Part shown: positions 8,992-19,121 of the stretch, one piece after another
Layout: every line of letters begins with the position of its first letter
How positions within the stretch are numbered: the first letter of the stretch is position 1
NCBI GenBank assembly: GCA_001002325.1
Contig: LCNZ01000002.1
Location: 7,093-71,092 of the forward strand
Direction: 5' to 3'
Source of the DNA: Candidatus Amesbacteria bacterium GW2011_GWB1_47_19
Lineage (GTDB): Bacteria > Patescibacteriota > Microgenomatia > CAZETR01 > Amesbacteraceae
DNA: 64,000 nt
Notes under the pieces: model-generated
Databases searched by the model: none
Seen by the model: only the letters and a program-made list of their open reading frames with translations
Told to the model about the DNA's origin: nothing
Program-made: the position numbers and the translations under genes

Positions 8992-9778
8992 ACTTTCCGT
9001 CGTCCTGGCTGTTTATAACGAGGAGGCAAATCTTGCCCGGTGCCTGGAATCCGTAAAAGACATCGCCGGAGAGATAGTTATTGTTGACGGGGGCTCAACG
9101 GATAAAACCGTGGAAATAGCCAAACGGTTCAAAGCCAAAATTATCCGGACAGACAATCCTCCCAACTTCCACATCAACAAAAACAAAGCCATCGATGCTG
9201 CGGCAGGGGAGTGGATTTTGCAGTTGGACGCCGACGAAGTCGTTTCTCCTGAATTATCCCGGGAAATAAAATCTATAACCTATAACCTAAAACCTAATCA
9301 CTATGCAGGATACTGGCTAAATCGCAAAAACTGGTTTCTGGATCGCTTTCTGACCAAAGGCGGCCAGTACCCTGATCCCACCCTGCGCCTGTACCGGCGG
9401 GGTATGGGTCGTCTTCCTGCCATAGATGTCCATGAGCAGGCCCGGGTTAATGGTCCTACCAGTCATCTCAAATCCGACCTGCTGCATTACCGGGATACCG
9501 ATTTTGCCAGATATCTTTCGGGCTTTAACCTCTATACCACTTTTATAGCAGAACAACTCAGACAGCAGGAAATACATTTTAATTTGTCAAACGTATTTCT
9601 CTATCTCTGTTTCAAACCTCTGTCGACTTTCTTAAAGATTTATTTCAGGCACCGGGGATACGTTGACGGTTTCCCGGGGCTTGTCTTTGCTCTATATTCC
9701 GGCCTGGTCCATCCGGTTTCCTTTATTAAATTCTGGCAAAAAACCTTTTATCCGGACCAGTATTCGAAAAAATTATGA
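8978..9778 (+). CDS. GT2-family glycosyltransferase (WaaE/KdtX-like, soluble about 260 aa type)
   Basis: LSVVLAVYNEEANL...IVIVDGGSTDKTVEIA...QLDADE (DxD); typical GT-A N-terminal half. Confidence 0.8.
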   Translation: MKKIKLSVVLAVYNEEANLARCLESVKDIAGEIVIVDGGSTDKTVEIAKRFKAKIIRTDNPPNFHINKNKAIDAAAGEWILQLDADEVVSPELSREIKSITYNLKPNHYAGYWLNRKNWFLDRFLTKGGQYPDPTLRLYRRGMGRLPAIDVHEQARVNGPTSHLKSDLLHYRDTDFARYLSGFNLYTTFIAEQLRQQEIHFNLSNVFLYLCFKPLSTFLKIYFRHRGYVDGFPGLVFALYSGLVHPVSFIKFWQKTFYPDQYSKKL

Positions 9779-10845
9779 TCCGTATCGGTTTCATCACCCC
9801 ATCTTCATCTTCAGGACACCCCGCCCGGGGAATCGGATTTTATTCTCGCCAGTTGTTATCAGCTCTCAAACTCCGGGCAGGAACGTACGGGATGCAAGTC
9901 GAATCCGTAGAAAATTTCGATAATGTCATCGGCAGATACAATCTGATTCATCAGCCTTATTTTGATCTCTTTTCCCCCTCCCTGCCTCTGGTTCCCCCTG
10001 TCAAAACCATTGTCACCATCCATGACGTCATTCCGCTGGAATACCCCTTACATTATCCTCCCGGTATCAAAGGGCGGTTAGGATTGGTTTGGGAAAAAAC
10101 CGCCATCCGGTCGGTATCTCGGATTATTACCGATTCCTATGCTTCGGTAAAAGCCCTGGTTAAATATCTGCACCTTCCCCATGCCAAAATAAAACTGGTT
10201 TATCTGGCTCCCGGCGACCAATTCCGACGTATTACGGATAAAATCCGTTTGTCGTCTGTCCGCAATAAGTACCATCTACCCCGAAAATTTGTACTTTTTA
10301 TGGGAGATATCAATTGGAATAAAAATCTCCCCGGATTGGTAGAAACCTGCCTCAATCTAAAAATCCCCCTTGTGGTGATAGGTAAAAGTGCCGCCGAAAT
10401 TGAAAAATTGAATTTATCCCACAAAGAGCTTTCTCATCTCTCACCTCTCATTTCTCACCTCTCAGATCCCAACTTGATCCGTCTGGGATTTGTTCCCGAT
10501 GAGGATCTGGCGGCGATATTCAGTCTGGCCGGAATTTACTGCCAACCTTCGTTTGCCGAAGGCTTCGGTTTGCCGGTTGTCCAGGCCATGGCCTGTGGCA
10601 CACCGGTGGTCTGCAGCCGGACCCATTCCTTACCTGAATTTGCAGGTGAAGCTGCTGTCTATTTTGACCCTTTTTCAGTCCCGGATATGACTCAAAAAAT
10701 CAAATCCGTGATGACCGATTCTGGTTTACGAAAGACGCTATCCGAAGCCGGAATAATACAATCATCCCGTTTTACCTGGGAGCAAAGTGCCGACCACACC
10801 TTGCAAGTTTACCGGGAGGTAATAAAATCAGGTTTGTTGCCATGA
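9775..10845 (+). CDS. GT4-family (GT-B) glycosyltransferase
   Basis: C-terminal EGFGLPVVQAMACGTPVVCS motif of group-1 glycosyltransferases; contains internal short tandem repeats (EIEKLNLSHKELSHLSPLISHLS). Confidence 0.8.
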   Translation: MIRIGFITPSSSSGHPARGIGFYSRQLLSALKLRAGTYGMQVESVENFDNVIGRYNLIHQPYFDLFSPSLPLVPPVKTIVTIHDVIPLEYPLHYPPGIKGRLGLVWEKTAIRSVSRIITDSYASVKALVKYLHLPHAKIKLVYLAPGDQFRRITDKIRLSSVRNKYHLPRKFVLFMGDINWNKNLPGLVETCLNLKIPLVVIGKSAAEIEKLNLSHKELSHLSPLISHLSDPNLIRLGFVPDEDLAAIFSLAGIYCQPSFAEGFGLPVVQAMACGTPVVCSRTHSLPEFAGEAAVYFDPFSVPDMTQKIKSVMTDSGLRKTLSEAGIIQSSRFTWEQSADHTLQVYREVIKSGLLP

Positions 10846-11993
10846 ATTTTGCCCGAATAGTCAGGTTATTCGTCGCCTGGCAGTTGCTGATTGTTATCAT
10901 CACCGCCGCATCGTTTAGTTGGTTGCCCCTGCGTGCTACTTTTATCGGCGGTTCCGACCAAGCCAGTCTGGCAAACCCCCAGCCATATATCCGGAATCCT
11001 CTGCTATACTCACGGGCAAATTTTGACGGTATCCACTATGTGGACATCGCCCGTAAAGGTTATGGTTATGCCCAACAGGCGTTTTTCCCCCTATACCCCA
11101 AACTTATAACTCTGCTTTCACCTTACGTCCACCCACCCGCGTTAGCCGGAATTTTGGTCTCTCTGGCTGGTTTCCTAGCAGGTTTGGTCTTTCTTTCCCG
11201 ACTCATGACCCTGGACCATCGTCCTAAAATTGTTTTTTGGACTATTTTGGCTCTGCTGGTTTTCCCAACCAGTTTCTTTTTCGGGTCGGTCTATACCGAA
11301 GGCCTGTTCTTCTTTTTTAGCGTCAGTGCCTTTTATTTTGCCCGTTCCCGGCGCTGGTGGGTTGCCGGTATTATAGGATTATTGGCTTCGTATACACGTT
11401 TTATTGGGGTCTTCTTATTGCCTGCCCTGCTCATAGAATGGTGGACGGCCTACTCCGGTTCCGAAAAGGGTCCCAAACCAGCAATCGCCGACCTCATGAT
11501 CCTGTTTTTTATTCCCGTGGGACTGGTAATTTTTATGCACTATTTAATCCACACCACCGGTGATCCTCTGGCCTTTTTGCATGTTCAGAAACTTTTCGGA
11601 CAGGGCAGGAGCGACGAAATAATCCTGATCTATCAGGTGTTCTGGCGTTATCTGAAAATGATTTTTACGGTCAACCGGGCGGATCCGTTGTATCTGACTA
11701 TCTGGCTGGAACTAATCACCGGTATTCTTGGTACTGTATCTTCAGTTATTTTATTTTTCCGTTCCCGTCCGTCGTACGCTTTCTTTAATCTGGCTTCATT
11801 TCTCACCCCCACTCTCTCCGGCACTTTCACTTCAGTCCCCCGCTATTTGTTATTGTGTTTCCCTAGCTTCATTCTTTTAGGCGAATGGTTGGGAAAGACC
11901 GACACAGTATGGCGTCGGTCATATCTGTTCTTCAGCTTAATTCTATTGGTGTTATTTACATCCCTCTTCGTTCGGGGTTACTGGGTCTCTTGA
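10842..11993 (+). CDS. GT-C membrane glycosyltransferase, PIG-V/GPI-mannosyltransferase-2-like
   Basis: Multi-TM; FDGIHYVDIARKGYGYAQQAFFPLYP resembles the conserved luminal-loop motif of Mannosyl_trans2 family proteins. Family assignment from memory, not searched. Confidence 0.55.
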   Translation: MNFARIVRLFVAWQLLIVIITAASFSWLPLRATFIGGSDQASLANPQPYIRNPLLYSRANFDGIHYVDIARKGYGYAQQAFFPLYPKLITLLSPYVHPPALAGILVSLAGFLAGLVFLSRLMTLDHRPKIVFWTILALLVFPTSFFFGSVYTEGLFFFFSVSAFYFARSRRWWVAGIIGLLASYTRFIGVFLLPALLIEWWTAYSGSEKGPKPAIADLMILFFIPVGLVIFMHYLIHTTGDPLAFLHVQKLFGQGRSDEIILIYQVFWRYLKMIFTVNRADPLYLTIWLELITGILGTVSSVILFFRSRPSYAFFNLASFLTPTLSGTFTSVPRYLLLCFPSFILLGEWLGKTDTVWRRSYLFFSLILLVLFTSLFVRGYWVS

Positions 11994-12017
11994 TGGTATT
12001 TACATGTATTATAAACT

Positions 12018-12899
12018 ATGTCTATGACTAAAAACCCTTGCGAAAACATCATTATTGGAGGAAATGGATTTATAGGAACATACATCACAGAACTATTAAC
12101 AAAATCGGGTAACAGTTCGAGGATTATAGATTCCCATGCTCATGCGGATTCACAAGCAGAACAGGTCGCTATTACTATCGGACCTGAATGTAACGATCAG
12201 GAATTAAAAAGCGCAATAGCCGGGAAAAGAATATTCATTCTCGTAGGTCAGATAAAACCTGATTTTAATGAAGATTATGAACTAGCCGCATTAAAGAAAC
12301 TATTCAGTTGCGTCGACTTCAAAATGACCAGACAAATTATCTACACATCTTCAGCCTTAATATACGGGGACACCAAAAAACCTGCAGTGGAAACAGACCC
12401 CATCAATCCGGTCGATTCATATAGTAGATTTAAATCAAAAAGTGAGGATTTATGTAAAATGTATTTTAATCAAAAAACCGGAATCAATTTGCTTATAACC
12501 AGATTAAGTAATGTCTATGGGGGTGTTAAAAACAGGGGATTTATCGGTTTAATAATAAATAAATCCAAGAATGAGATTAAGCCAACAATAGATATTAACG
12601 GAGATGGTAAACAAACCAGAGACTATATTCATGTAATTGATGTCGCAAACGCTATTTTATCAATTGCCGGAAACGAAGTGAATGACATTGTAAATGTGAG
12701 CTTCGGGATTAGCTGGTCACTCCTCGAAATAATTGATAAGTTTAATAATTTATCACCGAATAATATTCATACAAATATAAAAGGCAATTTATTAAATGAA
12801 GTGAAACAGAGCCGGATTTCCAATCAAAAATTGAGAGATATTTACGGATACACTCCTGCAATATCCCTGGATAGGGGGCTCGAGCTTAGTTTGCTTTAG
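12018..12899 (+). CDS. NAD-dependent epimerase/dehydratase (extended SDR)
   Basis: IIIGGNGFIGTYI Rossmann motif; YSRFK (YxxxK) catalytic dyad; first gene of the AT-rich block. Confidence 0.75.
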   Translation: MSMTKNPCENIIIGGNGFIGTYITELLTKSGNSSRIIDSHAHADSQAEQVAITIGPECNDQELKSAIAGKRIFILVGQIKPDFNEDYELAALKKLFSCVDFKMTRQIIYTSSALIYGDTKKPAVETDPINPVDSYSRFKSKSEDLCKMYFNQKTGINLLITRLSNVYGGVKNRGFIGLIINKSKNEIKPTIDINGDGKQTRDYIHVIDVANAILSIAGNEVNDIVNVSFGISWSLLEIIDKFNNLSPNNIHTNIKGNLLNEVKQSRISNQKLRDIYGYTPAISLDRGLELSLL

Positions 12900-12904
12900 C
12901 GTAT

Positions 12905-14326
12905 ATGATGAGAGACAAAATAAAAAAAGTAATAATCGTCGGTTGCGGTGCAGCAGGCCGTCTTTTATTACACGATATAGTACAAAATCATAAAACTATT
13001 TCATGTCTGGGTTATGTGGATGATCTGAAAAAAAGCAATAGTGTTCGTATTTTAGGTCCGATCAGGAATCTGGTTGAATTAGTGGAGAATTACCGGGTTG
13101 ATGAAATCTTAATAGCGGTACCTTCAAGTAATGGCAAACTGGTAAGGCGTGTTTTGCTGCAATTAATTTCAACTCGAATTCCTATAAAAATTGTTCCCAG
13201 AACCCAGATGGTTATTAAGACTGGTCTGGTCAGATATGCAGATTTAAGAGAGGCTGAGGCGCAGGACTTTTTGGGTCGTCCGTTTATTAAACATAATATT
13301 GAAAAACTTTCCGCCTGGTACAAGGATAAAGTGGTGCTTATAACCGGTGGAGCAGGTTCTATCGGTTCTGAAATAGTCAGACAGTTGATGGAGTTAGGTA
13401 CAAAAAAAGTTATAGTATACGACTTTTCTGAATATCTGATGTTTAATCTGGATCAGATGTTAAAAGACGTAGGAATGCGAGACAAGTGCGAATTGATCAT
13501 AGGAAACATTTTAAATGCAAATAAAGTATCCCAGATCTTTAAAAAAGATAAGCCCAATATTGTAATTCATGCAGCAGCATATAAACATGTCTATTTAATG
13601 GAAGACAATTTGGATGAGGCGATAATAAACAACATTCAGGGTACTAAAACAATCACGGATCTGGTAATTCAGAATCAAATTTCTAATTTTGTATTTATTT
13701 CGACAGACAAAGTAGTTAATGCCTCCAGCATCATGGGAGCTACCAAGAACTTATGCGAGCTTTATATCAGACATTCATACCACGGTCAAAAAAAGCTGAT
13801 ATTTAATATTGTTAGGTTTGGAAACGTGATAAATTCAAATGGATCAGTTTTACCGCTCTTCGAAAAGCAGATAAAGGAAAGGAGCGAAATCACTGTAACT
13901 GATAGAAAAGTAAAAAGGTTTTTTATGTCAACTAGAGAAGCTTCACAGCTGGTGATAGAAAGCACTGCTTGGGGGATAAAAAATTCAATACATGTTTTAG
14001 ATATGGGTGAATTATTAAGCATTTATGAAATTGCCTTATGCACTATCAGAAGCAGAAACCTAATTCCGGAGGTAGATGTCAAAATTAAGTTTATCGGTCT
14101 TCGGAAGGGAGAGAAAATGATCGAGGAGCTGTATACTAACCGGGAAAGAGGTAATTTAATTGACACAAAAATACCGCGTGTATTTGGGTTAGAGAAACTG
14201 GTGCTTCACAACAACAAAATCATTGCACTGGAAGAAGAACTGATAAATTTAGCCAGGAAATGCAACATTAAAGGAATAAAGCGAATATTGAATGAAGAAT
14301 TTCCCACACTTTCAAAGGCCCACTAG
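12905..14326 (+). CDS. Polysaccharide biosynthesis protein CapD/PglF/WbpM-like UDP-sugar 4,6-dehydratase (soluble form)
   Basis: N-terminal CoA-binding-like domain (KKVIIVGCGAAG...ILIAVPS), then VLITGGAGSIGSEI and HAAAYKHVYLMEDNLDEAIINNIQGT, characteristic of CapD/FlaA1/PglF. Confidence 0.8.
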   Translation: MMRDKIKKVIIVGCGAAGRLLLHDIVQNHKTISCLGYVDDLKKSNSVRILGPIRNLVELVENYRVDEILIAVPSSNGKLVRRVLLQLISTRIPIKIVPRTQMVIKTGLVRYADLREAEAQDFLGRPFIKHNIEKLSAWYKDKVVLITGGAGSIGSEIVRQLMELGTKKVIVYDFSEYLMFNLDQMLKDVGMRDKCELIIGNILNANKVSQIFKKDKPNIVIHAAAYKHVYLMEDNLDEAIINNIQGTKTITDLVIQNQISNFVFISTDKVVNASSIMGATKNLCELYIRHSYHGQKKLIFNIVRFGNVINSNGSVLPLFEKQIKERSEITVTDRKVKRFFMSTREASQLVIESTAWGIKNSIHVLDMGELLSIYEIALCTIRSRNLIPEVDVKIKFIGLRKGEKMIEELYTNRERGNLIDTKIPRVFGLEKLVLHNNKIIALEEELINLARKCNIKGIKRILNEEFPTLSKAH

Positions 14327-15793
14327 CTTAATAAGAATCGTTCCCCGATATTCCTGATTATCGTAGTTTTCGGTAGCCGGAATGACAAATATTTTCAACA
14401 CCCGGTAATTATTCATTAAATACGGATTTTTGATATTTTCTGGTGAATAAACCACCTCTTTCCAGTCACCTAATGAAAAATTGGCGTCATTTTCAAGATA
14501 ATTCGTTATAACTATATATTCAACATTATTAATCTTACCTGGATAAGGTTTTATCATTTCCGGCGCCAATGGAAACCACATTGTTGTTAAACCGTGATAC
14601 CAGGCAGCCCATGCATCAAGATTTGTGATGGTCAATTTTCCACGAGGAATATTTTGTGCCATTACGTCTGCAATTGCTTTATAGGCTGGAGGCTGATTTG
14701 TATTAAACTGTTGGCGACGATATCTTGAATCCAGTGTGATGTAACCGATCATTGGCAATGACACGATGAATATCAACAGACCAGCAAATAGATACTTTAA
14801 ACGTAGGTTTTTTGCCAATTCGACCAAGGATATTGCCGCACATATAAAAATCAATGGTAAAACGGGATGGACATACCTGGCAATGGGTAGGGTTAGGGAG
14901 GCGGCAATAATTAAAAGCAGACCACTTATTAAAGTATATATATAAAAACCCCGTAACTCTCGTTGTTTTATTAAGGCAAACACCCCGTACAAGAATAAAG
15001 CCAATATTATCGGATTAACGATTCGATCCGGAAATTTAAGAAAATTATACAAGTTGTATACTGTTTTAGCCGCTAGTTTCCTGGTAGTAATCCGGTCAGA
15101 TGGAGCGCCACGCATATAAGCTCCGTTGTTATCGCTGGGTGTGGAATAGATGGAATTAAAATAGAATGCAGGGGAAACGAATGGATATCTGCTGGAAAAT
15201 GGTATACCTGTCAGAATAATAATTCCGGCTACAGCCAGTACTAATAAGCGTCGGCGGGAAAATATTAATACCAGTATAAAAAGAGAAACCGCAATAACTA
15301 TGGATTGAGCTCTGGTAAAAAACATTAACGTTACCGGAACCAATGACAACCATTTTCGTTTTGGATTATAAAGATACAGAATAACCGCGAGTATTATTTC
15401 CAATGACAAGAATATTTCACTTGTGCTGTTTCTAGCATAATCCAGGAAGTACATATTTCCCAACAGAAAAACAACCGCAGTTATCCCTGCTTGGATAGAA
15501 TGTAGCTTTTTACCGATTAAATAGACCAAAACAGCTATCAACAACCAAACACCAACTCCAAAAATGACAACTGTAGAATCACTTAATGGAAATATCCGAA
15601 AAACTATCGACAACACCCAAGAGGTCAAAGGATGAAAACCGGGAGAAAACGCATCACCCGGAGTATACTTTGACAGAAGAACCGGATTGAAGAGACTATG
15701 GTGTATGACCAAACCGCGGCCGTAATTAAAATTTATTGCTGCTTCCGCATATTTTACCGAGTCTGAAAAACTTAACCAAAAATTAAACGTCAT
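14312..15793 (-). CDS. Polytopic membrane protein, putative GT-C glycosyltransferase
   Basis: About 12 hydrophobic helices over the N-terminal 360 aa; C-terminal about 120 aa soluble domain; no WWDYG. Convergent 15-bp overlap with the PglF-like gene. Confidence 0.5.
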   Translation of the reverse strand: MTFNFWLSFSDSVKYAEAAINFNYGRGLVIHHSLFNPVLLSKYTPGDAFSPGFHPLTSWVLSIVFRIFPLSDSTVVIFGVGVWLLIAVLVYLIGKKLHSIQAGITAVVFLLGNMYFLDYARNSTSEIFLSLEIILAVILYLYNPKRKWLSLVPVTLMFFTRAQSIVIAVSLFILVLIFSRRRLLVLAVAGIIILTGIPFSSRYPFVSPAFYFNSIYSTPSDNNGAYMRGAPSDRITTRKLAAKTVYNLYNFLKFPDRIVNPIILALFLYGVFALIKQRELRGFYIYTLISGLLLIIAASLTLPIARYVHPVLPLIFICAAISLVELAKNLRLKYLFAGLLIFIVSLPMIGYITLDSRYRRQQFNTNQPPAYKAIADVMAQNIPRGKLTITNLDAWAAWYHGLTTMWFPLAPEMIKPYPGKINNVEYIVITNYLENDANFSLGDWKEVVYSPENIKNPYLMNNYRVLKIFVIPATENYDNQEYRGTILIKLVGL

Positions 15794-15805
15794 AAAAAAA
15801 TCGAA

Positions 15806-17290
15806 ATGATAGCTTCAAAATACTTGATGATAACCTGTATCTGCCTAACTATAGTTTATTCTTTTTATTTTCTCAATAAAATTAAGTTGGATAATACGGC
15901 CTACTGGAGCGGGGATACTATAGTTTACCAGTCTATTGCAGTAAATTTAGCCACAGGTCATGGTTATAAATATGGAATCATAGAACCATTCGAGAAATAT
16001 AAGTTTGGAAAAGGTCTCTTCAATCCAAAAGCAGACTTAAAAGAGGAACTTACTGACTGGGGTAAAGAAGGTGGACATGATTATTTTTTTACTACCCCGG
16101 GTTACATTTTATTTCTGGGATCAATTTACAAAATATTCGGTATTAGCCCGTTTATAGCCAAAGTAATACAAAATATCTTCATGATCACCATAGGTTCTTT
16201 TTTACCCTTCATTGGCTATATTTTTTGGAAAAGATCAGGACTCGTAAGTGGGATCATATCCGGTTTTATCTATCTCAATCACTTTTTTAGCCTTGAGGCT
16301 CCAGGCTCGCTTGCTGTTGCTAATGAAATACTCACCGAGCCTTTGATCTCTTTTTATCTTTTCTTAATGATCATTGTGTTTATGTATTGGTCAATCAAAA
16401 AGTCTTTTATAACGACGTTTAGTTTTGGAGTCTTGCTTGGTATCGGTGTACTGGTCAAGGGATCAAATATATTTATTCCCCTTCTGTTCTTAACCTATTT
16501 CTTTATTCTTATTTTTATAAAAAGGAGTTTAAGTTTGGCACATCTTTCTGTATTATTGTCGGGAATTATTATTTCTATTTTGCCATGGTCTATATATGCC
16601 ACCAAATCTTCAGATCAATTAATCTTAATTTCCACCCAAAGCAAACCGGCACTATTTGACGGAAATAATGAATACACAGTTATCGACGGAGCTTGGCACC
16701 CGGAGGGATACATTGACAATCCAAATAGTTTTTATCGGCAACCATGGCTGCAAAAATATCCGGATTTAATAAAGGTTGCCATATTTTATTATTATCATCC
16801 CAGAATATTTTTGCCTGTATTTCTTAAAAAGTTATTTTATGCATACCGATTATTTCCTTTTTTTAAAATTTCATTGACTCTGATAATTAGTTCAATCCTA
16901 ATTAATTATTTCTTGAATAAAAAGTTCAAAATAGTCATGTTGATGATAACTTTGCTTTGTTTGATAAATATATTCATTTTTCCCTATCCGGTAACTGGCA
17001 TGCCATTTATGAGCCAAATCTCTACTAGTGGTTCCTTATTAACCGTTTTACTTACAGTAGCCATGCTATTAGCGTATCGCAAAAAAATTATTCACACCAT
17101 AGACATACCTGCACCTATGATAATAATATTCGTGAATTATTTACTGATTACCCTGATGATTTTCGGTTACCCTAGATATATTCAGGTTATGAATTTTGTA
17201 TTTATTCTTGTATCGGTTAAACTCCTCATGGATTTTATAAAAGAATTCTTTTCTACCTTTTATTCTGTTTTCTTTACATCAGATGGTTAA
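15806..17290 (+). CDS. Polytopic membrane protein, putative ArnT/PMT_2-like GT-C glycosyltransferase
   Basis: N-terminal TM then loop DTIVYQSIAVNLATGHGY (D..Y...A..L..G.GY pattern of PMT_2); many TM helices. Confidence 0.5.
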   Translation: MIASKYLMITCICLTIVYSFYFLNKIKLDNTAYWSGDTIVYQSIAVNLATGHGYKYGIIEPFEKYKFGKGLFNPKADLKEELTDWGKEGGHDYFFTTPGYILFLGSIYKIFGISPFIAKVIQNIFMITIGSFLPFIGYIFWKRSGLVSGIISGFIYLNHFFSLEAPGSLAVANEILTEPLISFYLFLMIIVFMYWSIKKSFITTFSFGVLLGIGVLVKGSNIFIPLLFLTYFFILIFIKRSLSLAHLSVLLSGIIISILPWSIYATKSSDQLILISTQSKPALFDGNNEYTVIDGAWHPEGYIDNPNSFYRQPWLQKYPDLIKVAIFYYYHPRIFLPVFLKKLFYAYRLFPFFKISLTLIISSILINYFLNKKFKIVMLMITLLCLINIFIFPYPVTGMPFMSQISTSGSLLTVLLTVAMLLAYRKKIIHTIDIPAPMIIIFVNYLLITLMIFGYPRYIQVMNFVFILVSVKLLMDFIKEFFSTFYSVFFTSDG

Positions 17291-18587
17291 ACCGAATAAA
17301 GAGCTGAAGAACTGGTACTACCACCGGGATTTAATAAATTATTATGCGTTTAACTTAACACCCCAATGTAGTATTTTAAACATTCACCATGGTAATGATA
17401 TTTTCCGCGATTCATTAAAATATAAGAATTATAAATCAGTTAACATTTCAAAAAAGTCAATATTTCCTGATAAAAAATTTGACTTTATTTTTATTTCTGA
17501 TTCTTTAAGTGTTGTCAGAGATATTCAGTCTTTGTTTCACAAGCTAAAGAAATGTTCTAGTCCCAACACCAGACTCATAGTCAATTATCATAATTATTTC
17601 TGGTTACCCTTTCTGAAAATAGCTGTGAAGCTTGGAATTAAAGACCCGCAAAAATATACGAATTGGTTAAATACTGACGACGTGATTAATTTGCTGTCTA
17701 TTGAGAATTATCAAATCATAAAAGTCGGGCAACGGTTATTGATACCGGTTTATATCCCGGTAATTTCTTATTTCATAAACAGGTATATTGCATATTTTCC
17801 GGTTATTAATAAATTATGTTTTACAAACTACCTTATTTCCCGGCCTGTAAATGATAATAAAATCTATGATCAAACCGTAAGCGTGATCATACCCGTCAGA
17901 AATGAGAGTGGGAATATTGAAAATACTATTAAGCGGCTTCCAAAGCTAGGTAAACACACAGAAATAATCTTTATAGAGGGTTATTCCTCTGACAATACCT
18001 GGGATAAAATTATCCGTGTTCAGAATAAGTACAAGAAATTGGATATAAAAGTCTTTAAACAGCAGGGTATAGGTAAGGCGGATGCTGTTCGACTTGGATT
18101 TATTAAAGCCAGAGGTAATATTCTAATGATTCTTGATGCAGATTTAACCGTACCTCCGGAAGAATTGACCAAATTTTATGAAGCTATTAATAAAGACAAA
18201 GGCGAATTCATTAATGGCTGTCGGTTGGTATATCCGGTGCAAAAAGAAGCAATGCAATTTCTTAACACAGTTGCCAACCACCTCTTCTCCACCATATTAT
18301 CATGGATATTGAATATAAAAATAAAAGATACACTATGTGGTACAAAAGTTATCTCAAAGAAGAACTATCTTCATATTGCCCGTAACCGTAAGTACTTTGG
18401 GGATTTTGATCCGTTCGGTGATTTTGATTTGATATTCGGAGCCGCGAAATTAAATCTGAAATATACTGAAATACCCATTCATTACCAATCACGTAAATAT
18501 GGACATACCAACATCTCCCGCTTCAAACATGGCTGGTTGTTACTGAAGATGACTATATTTGCACTATTCAAGTTAAAATTTGTCTAA
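17283..18587 (+). CDS. Dpm1/GtrB-like GT2 polyprenol-phosphate glycosyltransferase with about 190-aa N-terminal extra domain
   Basis: C-terminal half: VSVIIPVRNESGNI...IIFIEGYSSDNTWD...ILMILDADLTVPPEEL (GT2 DxD). N-terminal domain of unknown function (FDFIFISDSL...NTRLIV). Confidence 0.7.
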   Translation: MVKPNKELKNWYYHRDLINYYAFNLTPQCSILNIHHGNDIFRDSLKYKNYKSVNISKKSIFPDKKFDFIFISDSLSVVRDIQSLFHKLKKCSSPNTRLIVNYHNYFWLPFLKIAVKLGIKDPQKYTNWLNTDDVINLLSIENYQIIKVGQRLLIPVYIPVISYFINRYIAYFPVINKLCFTNYLISRPVNDNKIYDQTVSVIIPVRNESGNIENTIKRLPKLGKHTEIIFIEGYSSDNTWDKIIRVQNKYKKLDIKVFKQQGIGKADAVRLGFIKARGNILMILDADLTVPPEELTKFYEAINKDKGEFINGCRLVYPVQKEAMQFLNTVANHLFSTILSWILNIKIKDTLCGTKVISKKNYLHIARNRKYFGDFDPFGDFDLIFGAAKLNLKYTEIPIHYQSRKYGHTNISRFKHGWLLLKMTIFALFKLKFV

Positions 18588-19120
18588 TGCTGATCAATTT
18601 CTTAAAAAGATATTCATACAAACAAATCCTTCTTCTATTCATAGAAGACCACCTTCAGTTTCTCCTGGGTCCGTTACCGTCGTACGAAGGTATTATTGCC
18701 AGAAGACTCATGTACAAAATATTTCTCAAATTAGGTAAGGGGAGCATTATTTACCACCACGTAATATTCACTCACGGTTTTAATATCAAAATAGGTAATT
18801 ATTTTTCACCAAACTGCGGCACCCATATTGATGGTAGAGGAGGTGTGGAAATTGGCGATTATGTCCTGATCGGACCAAATGTTTTTATTGCTTCATCAAA
18901 CCATGTAGTCCGCACGAGAGAGCCCCGTATAAATTTTCCTCATATTCCCAAACCCACGTATATAGGTTCAAATGTCTGGATTGGGGCCAACACGGTTGTA
19001 TGTCCTGGGGTTAAGATTGGTGACAACAGTATTGTGGCCGCCGGTAGCATAGTAACAAAGGATGTAGCACACAACGTTATTGTTGCTGGAAATCCTGCCA
19101 GGGTAACACGGACTTTTTAG
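18587..19120 (+). CDS. Hexapeptide-repeat (left-handed beta-helix) sugar O-acetyltransferase
   Basis: Repeated [LIV]G..x..[LIV] hexapeptides: IGDYVLIGPNVFI...IGSNVWIGANTVVCPGVKIGDNSIVAAGSIV. Confidence 0.8.
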   Translation: MLINFLKRYSYKQILLLFIEDHLQFLLGPLPSYEGIIARRLMYKIFLKLGKGSIIYHHVIFTHGFNIKIGNYFSPNCGTHIDGRGGVEIGDYVLIGPNVFIASSNHVVRTREPRINFPHIPKPTYIGSNVWIGANTVVCPGVKIGDNSIVAAGSIVTKDVAHNVIVAGNPARVTRTF

Positions 19121-19121
19121 T

